From Octopus vulgaris (taxonomy: Eukaryota): DNA of 64,000 nt. The translations under genes were made by a program, and so were the position numbers. The notes under the pieces were generated by a model. It was given only the letters and a program-made list of their open reading frames with translations, was not told the origin of the DNA and ran no database searches. The DNA is taken from the NCBI GenBank assembly GCA_951406725.2, contig OX597816.1:44640001-44704000 (forward strand), read 5' to 3'. Below are positions 27,570 through 41,040 of the stretch, piece after piece (position 1 is the first letter of the stretch; every line of letters starts with the position of its first letter).

Positions 27570-29890
27570 CGTTGGCACTCTTGACTTTCAAGCGTGATAC
27601 TAATCGTAAACCATTTTGAATATGAATGACAGAAATTGATTGTTATTACCGTAAGGTGGACTTCGATTGAGTGAGGATGGTCACGTTGTGTCGTGGTTTG
27701 ACGTTAGTATATGGGTGACACTCAGTTGGAAAATAACGCACGGTGAACAGGAAATTGACCACGCGGAGGACAGGAAATAGACCACGTGGCTGATAGGAAA
27801 TCAGCCAGGTTGTTGAGAGGGAAGCAGGAAGGGGTGGCATGTGCAAGTATTCACTTCTATATGGTTTTGTGCGTATGTGTGTATTGATGCGAGCATGCGC
27901 ATCTGTACATGGGCGTGCACGTGCGCGTCTGCACACACACATATACTTGCGCGCACATGCACGCGCTCACACGAACACATACACGTGCATACGCACAGTA
28001 CACACACATTCAGGCATACACGCATACACACATGCGTATTCATTTATATGTTCATATATATATATATTCGCATGCATGTAAGCATGCATACCAGTATGCA
28101 CGCGCACACACGTCTGCGTGTGCACATATGCATTTGCGCGCACGTGCATTAGTATACATGCGGAAAACAAACGTTGGGAGTTGGTAAGCGGTGGGGATTG
28201 GTATGTGTTGGGGGCTGGTAAAAGTTGGGGATTGGTAAACGTTGGGGATTGGTAATTGGTGGTGCTGCTCATAGGGTTCGTTGGTAGCGGTGACCTTGGT
28301 GGAGGCGGTGGAGAGCAGAAGCTGGTGCTAAGGTGGTATATACTCTGTTCAGCCTATATTGGCAGTGCTCGTCAAATTCTTCTACAGCAACCAGCTTAAA
28401 TTTTGGCCTTACAAACAAAGGGAACAAAACCCTAACAGTCTTTTCTTTTCTTTCTCCAGTATTTTCACCCTTCAAATTTTGAACCTACTTTCCCGTTTTC
28501 CTCGTAATTCCTCTAAAGCAACCTATAAGTTTCCACCAACGTAGATAGGGACTTCTCGCTAATTAAGAAACACTTCCCGTGAGGCCATAAGTATTAAAAC
28601 TCCTCAACCCCCATAATGTCAAGGTGAGCTACTCCTGCTCAGACAACATCACATCTAACATCACGCACATCAACAGACGTAAATGTGCACGCACACCACA
28701 CCCAAACTCCAACTTGCAACTTCCGAAGCCCCACCGTGTGCCATCTAGAAGGATCTTGCCTCTCAAAGGCTATGGTATAGAAAGCCACCATTAAACAATC
28801 TGATGGGATTACTAGGCACTATACGAGTATGACAGCTAATGGCTTAAAGGAAAGATACTCTCAGCATACGCACTCGTTCAAATCTAGGGACAGAGAAAAG
28901 TCTACTTTTGTGACTCGCTTTCTCTAGAGATTCCGTGATCTCCGAGATGAAATACCCAGTATCAAATGGACTATTGTCAACAGAACGCAACCATATTCAC
29001 CCGGCGTCTCCAACTGCCGACTCTGCTTCCTTCAAAATGAAATATTATTTATCGTATTGCTGTCACCGGAGGTATGCCTAACTGGCAAATTTCAGGCCTC
29101 TGACTGCCGACAACCTGGATATACTACCTTAGCACCAATTGCTATTCTGCACCGCCTGCATCAATTTCACCGCTACTAACCAGCCCCATGAACAGGACCA
29201 CCAATTACCAATTCCGAACGGTTTCCAATCTCTAACGCATACCATTCCTCAACGCTTGCCAATTCCCATCGTTTACCAACCTTCAAAGCTTGGTTTGCGC
29301 GTGTATATTCACGCACGCGCGGACCTAAATCTGCATGAGCAGGCGCATGCGTGTGTGCGCGTGCGCTGGTATGCATGCGTACATGCATGCGAATATACAT
29401 ATGTACATATGAATGAAGGGGTATGTGTTTGCGTGTGTGCGTATGTTTGTGTATATGTGCGTATTCGCGCGTATGCGTGTGCGTGTGTACGCGTGCATGT
29501 TCGTCCAAGTGTCGGTGCGTTACGCGCGTATGTGTGCAGATGTGCGAGTGCGCGCCCATGTACAGATGCGCACGCTCGCATTAATACATACTTGCTAGCA
29601 AAACCATATGAGCGCTTCTACACACCCACATATAGAAGTATATACTTGCACATGCCACCCCTTCCTACTTCCCTCTCAGCAACCTGACCGATTTCCTATC
29701 CGCCACGTGGTCTATTTCCTGTCCTCCGCGTGGTCAATTTCCTGTTCATCGTGCACCATTTTCAAACTAACTGTTAACCATATACTAACGTCAAACCACG
29801 AAACCACGTGACTTTCCTCGGCCAATCGCAGCCTACCTTACCGTAATAACAATCAGCATTTGTCATTCAAGTTTAAAATGGCTGACGAGT
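27570..29890. repeat. Long inverted repeat (arms ~27600-28345 and ~29115-29890)
   Basis: For example, CAGGAAATTGACCACGCGGAGGACAGGAAATAGACCACGTGG (~27748) is the reverse complement of CCACGTGGTCTATTTCCTGTCCTCCGCGTGGTCAATTTCCTG (~29703). GGTGCTAAGGTGGTATA (~28324) pairs with TATACTACCTTAGCACC (~29120). Confidence 0.93.
28535..29035 (+). mobile_element. Decayed Penelope-like (Naiad-type) linker plus GIY-YIG endonuclease fragment
   Basis: IKKHFP...VKVSYSCSDNITS...TCNFRSPTVCHLEGSCLSKAMV*KATI...HYTSMTANGLKERYSQHTHSFK...IKWTIVNRTQPYSPGVSNCRLC. Confidence 0.8.
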
Positions 29891-31349
29891 TACAGCGAAT
29901 CTAAGTCACACTGTTTTGATCCATACATGTAACTCACAATAAATCTTTCGATTGCCCTTCTTTCGTTTCTCCACTCACTCCTATATTTATACTCACACAC
30001 ATACACACACACACACACACCACATATAGCATGACGCACCTCATCTTGTTAAGGTTACGTACATCTGCATGAGGAAGAGTATTAGAACTTAGCTTTTTTT
30101 CATGTACTGACAAATTTATACGAGTGTGCATGTATAAATATATTAACTGCTGCCCATATACCGACATCAAACCACGACACCGCCTGACCTTCCTCGACCC
30201 TTCGCAGTCCACCTTAATGTAATAACAATCAACTTCCGTCATTCAAAATTCAAAATGGCTGACGACTAGTATCACGCTTGAAACTCAAGAGTACCAACTA
30301 TTTTGATCCATATATGTAAAAGACTGTAATAAACAATTTTCTTTGGATTGGAAAATTTTATCAAAATCATTTCCCTATGATAAAGCGAAATCCTTCTGCC
30401 TCCTTTGTACGGACGAACAATTAATAATCCTTTTACCAAACACACATACTGGTCGACACCTATAAAGTGTTTATAGGTATTTACACTGGAAAAACACACT
30501 TTCGGGCTTTTCAAATAATATCTGCCCCTTACCTAATAATATCAGCAACTTAATCTTCATTCTTTCATCCCGTACCTCCTATTCTTTCCTTCATCTTTTC
30601 TATCTATCTGTCATTCACTTTTTATTTGTTTATACCTCCATTTCTCCTTTAATTCTCCCTCTCTCACTTTCTCTCTTCCTTCTCATCTTCTCTTGATCTA
30701 TGACGTCAAAATACCTTACTGTATTTTAAAATTACTAGCATTCCCTATCCACCTTTGTTTTCCATATGTGTGTGTGTGTGCATTTAAACATGTGTGTGTG
30801 TTAGATATTTTGGTTTCTTACATCTGTTAAATTGACTTACTGATGAATACTGTTGTTTATATCCTCCCTGATGGGATTGATGCATTTTTCCACATTATTC
30901 TTCCTCAGATTTATCTTAATGCATACATATGTGGGTGATATGGTGATATAAAAGATTTAAATAACATCGTGTCTCCATTCTCCATCATTCTTATGTGACA
31001 TCTGGCTACCTAGTAACTGTTCCTCTGGATTTCTCCTTGTAAATTGAACCTTCATACATATATATATATATATATAGATTGATACGAAGAGAGACAGAGA
31101 GAGACATATATGTCTCTGAGTGCATGTGTCTGTATACACACTTATAAATACAAACATGTATACATATATATATATTGCGAAGATGATCTGGTTCTTGACT
31201 GATGACTGAGGGCTTCGAATGTCCCGTCCTGTGGTTCTTGTGTCGTCTCTTTGGTGTTTCATGTTCTTGTCCATGTCTGTATTTATTTTTTACTGTTTAT
31301 ATATATATATATATATATACATAAACATGTGCATATACATAAAGATGTA

Positions 31350-32239
31350 CAAGTTGTTTCAAAAACTTTGATATCATTTTGCAATCTTATAACTTTGTCG
31401 GTTCTAGTGCAAATAACTTCGAATTTTAACAGCTTGTGTAGAGACACGTCAAAATCTTATCTTTAATGTTTGGTATGTTTATCGTTTCAGGTATAGAAAT
31501 GGCGTTCACTGAAAGAGAAAAGGTGTTTTGTCTTTTGGAATATGCTTGAACACAATCGAAGAAGATTGTGCAGCGTCCATTTGTGAGAGAGTTATCTAAA
31601 AAGTCACCAACGGCAATGCAGATTTGGACATGGCAAAATATTTAGACATGTGTGTCCAGGGCAAAATGATCTGGACGGCCACTAACATCAGAAGAGACGT
31701 TGGAGCGGATTCACGAAAAACTCTTGCGAAGCACCAAGAAGTCCATAAGAAGAACATGTCTGGAAACCCAGATTCCTCCAACGACAGCTTGGCGCATCCT
31801 GAGAAAGCACTTGCTAATGAAACCTTACAAGCTGCAGCTCCTTCAGGCCATAACGGCAGATGACAAATGAAAGCACAAACAATTCTGTGTTGATATGCAA
31901 GAGAAATTGAAGAAGCCCAGTTTAAGGACCGTTTTGTTTTCAGTGATGAGGCCACATTTCATACGAATGGCAAAATCAATAAGCATAATGTTCGCATTTG
32001 GGTTGAAGAGAATCCCATTGCAACAGTTGAAAATGAGAGGGACTCACCAAAAGTGAATGTGTTCTGTACCATTTCCAAGAAATCGTTCATGGAATCACAT
32101 ACTTTTGAAATTCTCATTCAAATTTGGAGGAATAACTCTTAGGTTGCTCAACATTAAGCCTGTTTAGTTTCAATTACTTTGACAATGTAGTTTCTGTGAT
32201 ATTTACATCTCAAATGATATGAAATTTTTGAAACACCCC

Positions 32240-32242
<3 letters not shown>
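31350..32242 (+). mobile_element. Internally deleted Tc1/mariner-superfamily element (rosa/DD41D-like)
   Basis: TIRs TGTTTCAAAAA..T.ATATCATTT with TA flanks. ATG at 31499: MAFTEREKVFCLLEYA*TQS...KPYKLQLLQA...FSDEATFHTNGKINKHNVRIW...DSPKVNVFC. Confidence 0.88.
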
Positions 32243-32284
<42 letters not shown>

Positions 32285-32679
32285 GAGAGAAAGAGAGAGA
32301 CAGACAGACAGAGAGACAGACGGATAGACAGGCAGGCAGGCAGACAGACAGATAGATCACATCACACCACACTACACTACACCATCCATACAGCATTACA
32401 CATCACATCACAATACACCACCCACAGCACTCCGCCCACACACCCATCTCCACACCCACACATACATATACACACACGTCCAGACCACCAGCCCTCTTTC
32501 ACACGCACATACATACTCTCTTATACACACACGCACCTTTGTGTTGGGGGCACTTTCGTATTGGAAGTCACTTGACCCTGTTGTTATCTCCTATACTGAC
32601 CCTCTCGCGTCTGACCATTGTCCGAAGTCAGGACGCCATGATAGATCGTTAGCTCCTACACGCATTTTTTCTCTGCTTG

Positions 32680-32836
32680 TTTCTCTCCTTGTTTTTTTCT
32701 CTGTATCCTTCTGTCGAAGAACGTAGGATCGAAACGTAAAAGACTTTTTCTATTTCTATTCCTGAGCGCTATACTAATACATTTGTTTGTTTGTACTCCA
32801 TCTGCCTTCGTCTTTTGTTTATTTTCGTAAACTTTC

Positions 32837-32840
<4 letters not shown>
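32680..32840 (+). mobile_element. Short Penelope-derived element with decayed minimal hammerhead, abutting (TA)n
   Basis: CTGTCGAAGAACGTAGGATCGAAACGTA at 32711-32738; related to 40735-40945 and 43195-43390. Confidence 0.6.
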
Positions 32841-32912
<72 letters not shown>

Positions 32913-33563
32913 ACAATGTATAAAGAATGGTCCTTTACTCAAATAAAGAAAAATATATAACGACCATTATTTATCTCTTGTCATATATCCCTCAGTGCAA
33001 AAACGAGTTCGATTGGAGCCCAACCACGGTATTACAATATTGTGATGAGCCATAAACTCGCACTAGTTCTCAGTTAATAAAACTGTTCTGAGATATTTAT
33101 CTATATATTTTCATCAATTTTACCTTAGCCATTGCAGTGCCGTGATCATTATAACAACTGCTATATTATTATTAATATTACTACTAAATTTGTTATTATA
33201 ACTTCTGCCATTACTACCAACACTGTTACTATTAAAACGAATACTAATAACAACACTAGAACAACATTTATTTCTTGTTTTGATTTCATATTTAATAATT
33301 TTGGCGTATATGCAATACACGCACACAGGAGTATACTTGAGAAAAATGATGAATTAAATTACCGAGTATATGAAGAATATTAACACACATACACACATAT
33401 GCATGTATACATATACATACATACATATACATATACATAAATATACATACATACGTATATTTATATATATAGATATATATAGACATATATAGAGACATTA
33501 CATTACACATATAAATACATATGCACATATATATACACATATATATATACATATATATATATA

Positions 33564-33603
<40 letters not shown>

Positions 33604-33881
33604 CATACATATATTTATATATATATATAGATATATGTAGACATATATAGAGACATTACGTTACACATATAAATACATATGCATATATATATATACATTT
33701 ACACATATATATACATATATATATATATATATGTATGTGTGTATACGTATATACGTTAGTATATACATACGTACATATATGAATATATGCACGTATGTAT
33801 CTATATATATAAATATAAATATACGTATACAAATGTATATATATATAATATAAATATATTATATATATGTATATATACATA

Positions 33882-33924
<43 letters not shown>

Positions 33925-34130
33925 ATGCAGAATTGCTATTGTTGCTGTCTTTGCTGTTATTATTATTGTTATTTTAAATTAAATGAAATTACAGACTATT
34001 TCTAGAATGTTTTATTATTCTACATGACTGCTTGCTAAGATTCTAACAACTTATGCTTGATGTTATAAAACAGGTGAGGCAAATTAGATACAATTTTAAC
34101 AACTAAATTACAAAATAATAGCAACAACAC

Positions 34131-34219
<89 letters not shown>

Positions 34220-36367
34220 TAAAATGCCAATAAATAAATAAAATGTTTTGCTATCTTATCCTATCCTCTATAAACAAATGTAGATTTTTTTTTTATTTTG
34301 TATCTATCAAATTTTGTTGTATATCATTATAAATATATTTTTATCTTACTGTTATTTATAATTTTTATCTCATTTTATTATATTAAGTTTACTCCGATTT
34401 AATTTCAAGTTATTTATTTTAAGATTATTGTTTGGACTGTAGAACAATTTGAATGCGTTTATAGAAGAATATAGTTTACTTTTATGAAACACAACAGAAC
34501 TATAATTCATTTGTAACTCTTATTTGCTGCTTATTCGTGTCTCTATATTTCCATGTGTTTGGAGTTTTTATTGAAATGCGTTCATCTGAGCTTTCTTGTC
34601 TGCATTCAATTTTATTTAGTCTAAATGAATTATCTATGTATACATACATACATACCTGCATACACACTCACACATATATATATATATACATATATAAAGT
34701 CACGCATACAGATGCATATATACACATATGTGCAGTTATGTATGTATTTACATGGCTGATGCCTGTAAATGTATATTAAAAAGTCAAGATATTAACGATT
34801 TTGAGTTTCGAATCACTATCCGATGGCTTTCCTCCCAGATCGCATTATCAACGGACATCCACGGAAGTGGTTGACTACTTCCGGCAAGTAAGAGCATGCG
34901 TGGAAGAAGTTATATTATTAAAATGTATGTTATTAGAATAATGTGGTGTTGTGTATGTACTTTTGTACTGGAGATGTCTTCACTTTTTTAGTAAAAACTC
35001 ATTTATCTAAAAATCATATACGCAATATACCAGTTCATGTGTAGCAAGCATGTACACACACAGACACACACTCACACGCACGCACACACACATACACAAA
35101 CATGCACACGTACACACGTTCATATACATACACGCTCATATATATTTTCTCATATACGTAAAATTTGAGGGTGAGATGTGTACTCGGTTCTAGAGAATGA
35201 TTTTCCCTTCAAACATAAAGACGCCGAAAATCTCTCTTGGTATTTGGGCATAAGCCCGAAAATCGAGAATTATAATAATTCTCTTTTTGGTGGTGCAATG
35301 TCTGCATCTCTTGCTACCATTCGCTTACAGTTTACATTATTTCAGCAATTTTCAAGTTGGTATAATATGTTGCGTCTTTCTATTTCAACTACCTGAAGCA
35401 GCTTGCGAGTTTTGCAATATCTCACCTCTCGATGTCTCTGACTATGGAGATGTGACAATAAAATCGTTTTTCTTTTTACTTTCTTTTCTTTTTTTTCTTT
35501 TTTTTTTTTTTGAAAGCTCCCTCTGCCAGACTGATGTAATGTTTCAGTTCAGGTTGGCGTTATGGTTCGCGTCTGCGAATTCACCAACCGCATTTAAAAT
35601 AGTTTCTATATTGTGGAACCCAAATAGGCTGCTATATTGCAATGTTTCTGCACGAACATACAGCAAGATTAGATGCAAGTGTGGAGTCCATGACATATAA
35701 TTTACTTACTTACGCATGCAGGTAATGTTATCTTAACAGTATATTTATTAAGCAATTGTTTATATTTAGGAGAAAATGGCAAACGATTAACTATAAATCT
35801 AAGGTAGGTTTTATCTATATTAGATTTAATATTGCCCGAGAAAGAGATATAAACCAAGTTCTTTTCTCTTTGCTGGATTCAAACTCGAATAGGAAGTAAT
35901 TTTATTCTTGAACGCGCTTTCGTTAAAATGTATCATAATAATGGTTCGCCTTAGGGAAGATTACTAGAAATGTAAATTTGAAATTATCCTGTTACCTTTT
36001 ATGAGATTTTTAAAGCTCAAAGTGGTGCGAATGTACTGTATTAACGTAGGTGAGTCCTGGCTGAGATCTAGAGTAACTGTTACAAGATTAGGATATATAG
36101 CCGAAATCACTCTTTATTACTTTATCTAACACGTGCCCATTTTTGTGACTGGATATGGCCAAGCGATTGCTTCTGTACATAACAAAGCAAGCAAGCGAAG
36201 CGTTTTCTTTTCATGCAGACAGGAGAAACGAAGATGAGAGACGATGCAGAAAAATAAACGGAGATTATGAAAGGAGAACAACCTCTCAAAATATCAATAT
36301 GGAACATTAAGCAATTCTTCAGTTTACTAGGGCATGTCACGTGGGTGACATTTTGGAAAACTTCACA

Positions 36368-36522
36368 AGCGTGGCTGTGCGTAAGAAGCTTGTTTCTCAA
36401 CCACATATTTCAGGGTTCAGTGCCACTGCGTGAAAGCTTGGGCAAATGTCTTCTACTATAGCCTCGAACCGACCACAGCCTTGTGAGTGGATTTGGTAGA
36501 TGGAAACTGAAAGAAGTCCATC

Positions 36523-36556
<34 letters not shown>

Positions 36557-36785
36557 TCATGTCTTTGTGCCTGTGTTTGTACACCATCATCGCTGCACAA
36601 CCGATGTTGGTATGTTTACATCCCTGTAATATAGCAGTTCGGAAAATGAGACCGATAGAATAAGTACTACGCTTCCAAAAGATAAGTTCTGGGATCAATT
36701 TCTTCGACTAAAATAAATCCTTCTGTGCGGTGCTCCAGCATGACCGCAATCAAATGACTAAAACAGGTAAAAGAATTAGAGAATA
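36368..36785 (+). mobile_element. SINE family B (left arm of an inverted duplication)
   Basis: Family B head and tail. Confidence 0.85.
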
Positions 36786-37149
36786 CAAGAATATCAAAGT
36801 ACCTATATATCAATACCCTAAGTGTACAGGAAGTGTTAGTCGATACCTAGAGAATCTCATATAGAAAACTCTAGGAGCAAATAGGATCCCGGAAAATGTA
36901 TTGTCTTCGCAAGTTAATGCTGGAATCATGGAAGTCTGATGAGGTCTTACATTGGAAGACAAACAGGTGTAGAAAGCATATACCATTTGTCTCTTTGCTG
37001 TAGAAGAACAGATCCTAGGAAGCGTACTGCTCAATAGACCAAAAGAAAGGCTAAAAACTGAGAAAAGTATTTATTTATTTTTTTTTTTTTTTGTCATTGC
37101 TATTAGACACTTGCGTTAATTTGTAATTACGTTCAGTGAATTAGAAAAT

Positions 37150-37655
37150 CATTTTCGACTGTATCGGGTACTCAGTTTGGTTGTCTAGAAAATTTCATTC
37201 GTATGATGGTCTTTCTAAGGCATCTGAACACAGGCATGAGAGCTCAAGTCGCACACATTATCTCTAGCTCTGTAAAGTATAATGCTACAATGGAAATCCA
37301 ACAGGGTAGTCTGTTAACACATTATCTCTAGCTCCGTAAACTTTGATGCTACAATGGAAATCCAACAGGGAATTCAAACTTGATATGACAGCAATGCACC
37401 AGGTGGTATTCTGTAAGTGAACTAATGATGTATATTTCCAAAACCAACCAGATGCAATCTTGCTTAAAATGACGTATTTCCAATCTAAAACCAAAATTAC
37501 ACATGTTAACTAAGAGAAATATTTGCTGATGGGTGCGCCATTACTTCCAACAGTGTGGATTGTATGAAAAGCATGGTGGATATTTTTACAGTACTGTCAC
37601 TAAGTTTGGCTTAAAACTTAACACCTTGAAAACTAAAAAAATACTTTTCTCAGCT
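37150..37655 (+). mobile_element. Decayed RTE-type LINE RT fragment
   Basis: FQSKTKIT...FADGCAI (FADD-like)...KSMVDIF...KFGLKLNTLKTK. 63-bp tandem duplication at ~37253-37371. Confidence 0.65.
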
Positions 37656-37725
37656 CTTAACCTAGTTATCGACTAACACTTCCTGTACAATTAGGGTATT
37701 GATATATATAGGTACTTTGATATTC

Positions 37726-37956
37726 ATCTATTCTTTTACTTGTTTCAGTCATTTGACTGCGGCCATGCATAGAAGGGATTTTTAGTCGAAGAAATCGACC
37801 CCAGAACTTATTTTTTGTAAGCCTAGTACTTATTCTAGCGGCCTCATTTGCCGAACTTCTATATTACAGGAACGTAAACAAACCAGCATCGTTTGTCCAG
37901 CGATGGTGGTGGACAAACACAACATCGGTTGTCCAGCGATGATGGTGGATAAACAC

Positions 37957-38014
<58 letters not shown>

Positions 38015-38190
38015 TATGATAATATATATATATATTTACGACGGACTTCTTTCAGTTTCGGTCTACCAAATCCACTCACAAGGTTTTGCTTGGCCCGAGG
38101 CTATAGTATAAGACATTTGCCCCAGCTTCCACGCAGTGGCACTGAATCCTGAAATATGTGGTTGAGAAACAAGCTTCTTACACAAAACCA
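37726..38190 (-). mobile_element. SINE family B (right arm of an inverted duplication)
   Basis: Reverse complement of the family B consensus. Confidence 0.85.
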
Positions 38191-38514
38191 GAAGCTTCTT
38201 ACACACAAGTACTTATTCTATCGGTCTCATTTACACCAGCCAAGAAATTCAACTTCAGGCCCTCGTTATAGGAGAGTAAATTATATCGAGATATGAACCA
38301 TTACATATTTAGGGAGTAAAATCAATAATTCGAGTTCATTTCTGTATGTGGATGTCCATTCATGAGCGGACATGTTTGTAAGCGTCCCCGTTCTCCTTTG
38401 CATCGGTCCATGCCCATCATAGATTGTCTCTGTTCGTCTGTGTTTGCACGTAATTGGTGTAACTATAAGCGTAGTTTCGCATTCGGCTATATTTCATATG
38501 TATTTGTCTATTAT

Positions 38515-38716
38515 TCTCTTTTACTCTTTTACTTGTTTCAGCCATCTGACTGTGGCCATGCTGGAGCACCGCCTTTAGTCGAGCAAATCGACCCCAAGAC
38601 TTATTATTTGTAAGCCTAGTACTTATTCTATTGGTCTCTTTTGCCGAACCGCTAAGTTACAGGGACGTATACACATCAGCATCGGTTGTCAAGCGATGTT
38701 GGGGGGACGAACACAG

Positions 38717-38771
<55 letters not shown>

Positions 38772-38922
38772 ACAGGCTTCTTTCAGTTTCCGTCTACCAA
38801 ATCCACTCACAAGGCTTTGGTCGGCCAGATGCCATAGTAGAAGACACTTGCCCAAGGTGCCGCGCAGTGGGTCTGAACCCGAACCATGTGGTTCATAAGC
38901 AAGTTACTTACCACACAGCCAC
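38515..38922 (-). mobile_element. SINE family B
   Basis: Reverse complement of 18811-19270. Confidence 0.9.
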
Positions 38923-39782
38923 TCGAACGCAAACATTTTTGAGAATCTGTTTTTGTCTTTCACATTTTCATTTCTTAGTGTGTGTATGGGGGGGGGGCAA
39001 TGTAAATGAAAGACTAATGTCACAATTGGTAGAGCGTCGGTTACTTCACCGTTTTAGTTCAAATCCCCTGCAGAATCACTATTTGGTTCATCCTTCCGAT
39101 AAACATGAAATAAGAACTGGAGATCGACTAAATCGATTGTATCCTGCCGAGTCGGTACTCCAGAATGGTCACAATGCAATGAATATAACCAATAATAGCA
39201 TAAAAGATTAACGAAACAACATCACACCTTCCTATATCAGCGACACTTATAACTTATTCTTCAGCAATCAAAAACCAAAATGTACTTGAGAAAAAAAAAA
39301 ACTGTCCCGACTGAAAATAAATAATAAATTCATAAATCAATACAAAAATATAAATAAAATAAATAAATTATACAAAACTAAACAAATGTTTGTGTTTCAC
39401 AATCTTTTATAGTGAATCTACTTATTAATTTATGGCACTGATCACAGGAAATAAAACGTTCTCAGAGGAAAGCAACAAAGTGATATAATTTGGAAACTGA
39501 GACGAAGGTGTGCAGTTTTCTTTTGTTTGTTGTTTGTATACTTTTGTGCGCTTGTATCAATGCATGTATATAAGTATGTATGTATGTATGTATGTATGTA
39601 TGTATGTATGTATGTACGTATGTATGTACGTATTATGTAGGTAGGTAGGTACGTACGTACTGAGGTGCGTAGGTAGGTAAGTAGGTATATACGTACCTAG
39701 GGAGGTATGTATAAATGGATGGCTGTATGTATATATATGTATATATGTATGTGTGTATGCATGCATGCATGTATGTTTGTAT

Positions 39783-40322
39783 GTCACTATTCAGTTTTAT
39801 TTAAAGATTTCTTGCCAATAGAGAAAAAGCCGGTTTCTAACCTAGATCCAAGACTCCTTCTTTGAAATTTCAACATCGACAGGATATTTTTGTATGTATG
39901 TATGTATGCCATTATTCAATTTTATTTCAATATTTCTTGCCAATAGAGAAAGAGCCGGTATCTAACCTAGATCCAAGGCTTCTTCATTGGATTTTCAACA
40001 TCAACAGGGTATTTTGTATGTATGCATTTATGTATGTATGTATGTATGTATGTATATATGTATGTATGTATGCATGTATGTATGTATGCATGTATGTATG
40101 TATGTATGTATGTATGTATATATGTATGTATGTATGTATGCATGTATGTATATATATATATGTATGTATGTATACATGTATGCAGGCGTGTATGTTTGTT
40201 ATGTTGGCATGTACGTATGTCATTATTCAGTGTTATTTCAAGATTTCTTGCCAATAGGGAACGAACCGGTTTCTAACCTAGCTCCAAGGGTCCTTCACAG
40301 GAATTTTAACATCAACAGGGTA
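39783..40322 (-). repeat. Three ~105-bp units separated by (TATG)n tracts; probable LINE 3' termini
   Basis: Unit ..ATTTCTTGCCAATAG..CCGGTTTCTAACCTAGATCCAAGG..CAACATCAACAGGG at ~39783, ~39907 and ~40219. The minus strand has AATAAA-like signals followed by (CATA)n. Confidence 0.85.
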
Positions 40323-40661
40323 CTTACACATATTCTTGTGTACGTGTGCTATAATTGGAGTCAAAGCCTGTGCAGATTTGTAAGTTTGTTTTATGTATGT
40401 ATTCTCATGCATATTGTTGCATGTCTAGACATGTGCATACATACTTAATTACTAAAGTTCTGGAAAATTTTACAAATGTTTACAGTTCTCTTGATGGCCT
40501 GAATCTGTAATCTAATTAATTTCTCTTTTCTGGTTTTCAGAAGCCTAGTTCTTCAACATTTGTACTGAAGTATCCATCTCCATCTCTCTTTCTCAGTCTC
40601 TCTTTTATATTCATGTTTGTCATTTGAACTTTAAAATTTTTTTCTTAATAATTTTAACCGA

Positions 40662-40708
<47 letters not shown>

Positions 40709-40734
40709 GTATATACATACATATATATATAGTT

Positions 40735-40945
40735 AATCCAAACAAGAAAACACAGAAAAAAACACAGTAACACGAGGACGTGAAACCATTAAAGTATTAT
40801 TTGACGCTCAGGAAAGAAGGTAAGGAGGGTTTAACGTTTCGAGCGGAGCTCTTCGTCGGAAACAAGGAGAAGGAAAGATCCCGAGAAGGGAAGACAGAGG
40901 AAAAAAATATTTTTGCTGGTGGTGCTCAAGAGATCACATGTTGAA
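40735..40945 (-). mobile_element. Short Penelope-derived element with minimal hammerhead-like motif
   Basis: Minus strand 40863-40829 reads GTTT CCGACGA A GAGC TCC GCTC GAAA CGTT AAAC. Flanked by TA tracts. Confidence 0.7.
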
Positions 40946-40978
40946 AAAAGATGTATATATATATGTATATATGTATAT

Positions 40979-41040
<62 letters not shown>

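Noticed and set aside
28535-29035. Selenocysteine recoding as reported for some Naiad elements
   Set aside because: The disruptions are TAG stops and frameshifts rather than conserved in-frame TGA at Cys positions, and no SECIS was recognised.
31188-31230. CTGATGA followed by GAAT as a hammerhead or C/D snoRNA
   Set aside because: No convincing helices or D box partner.
34839-34887. RIING read as a trypsin activation motif
   Set aside because: No downstream protease residues or further exons.
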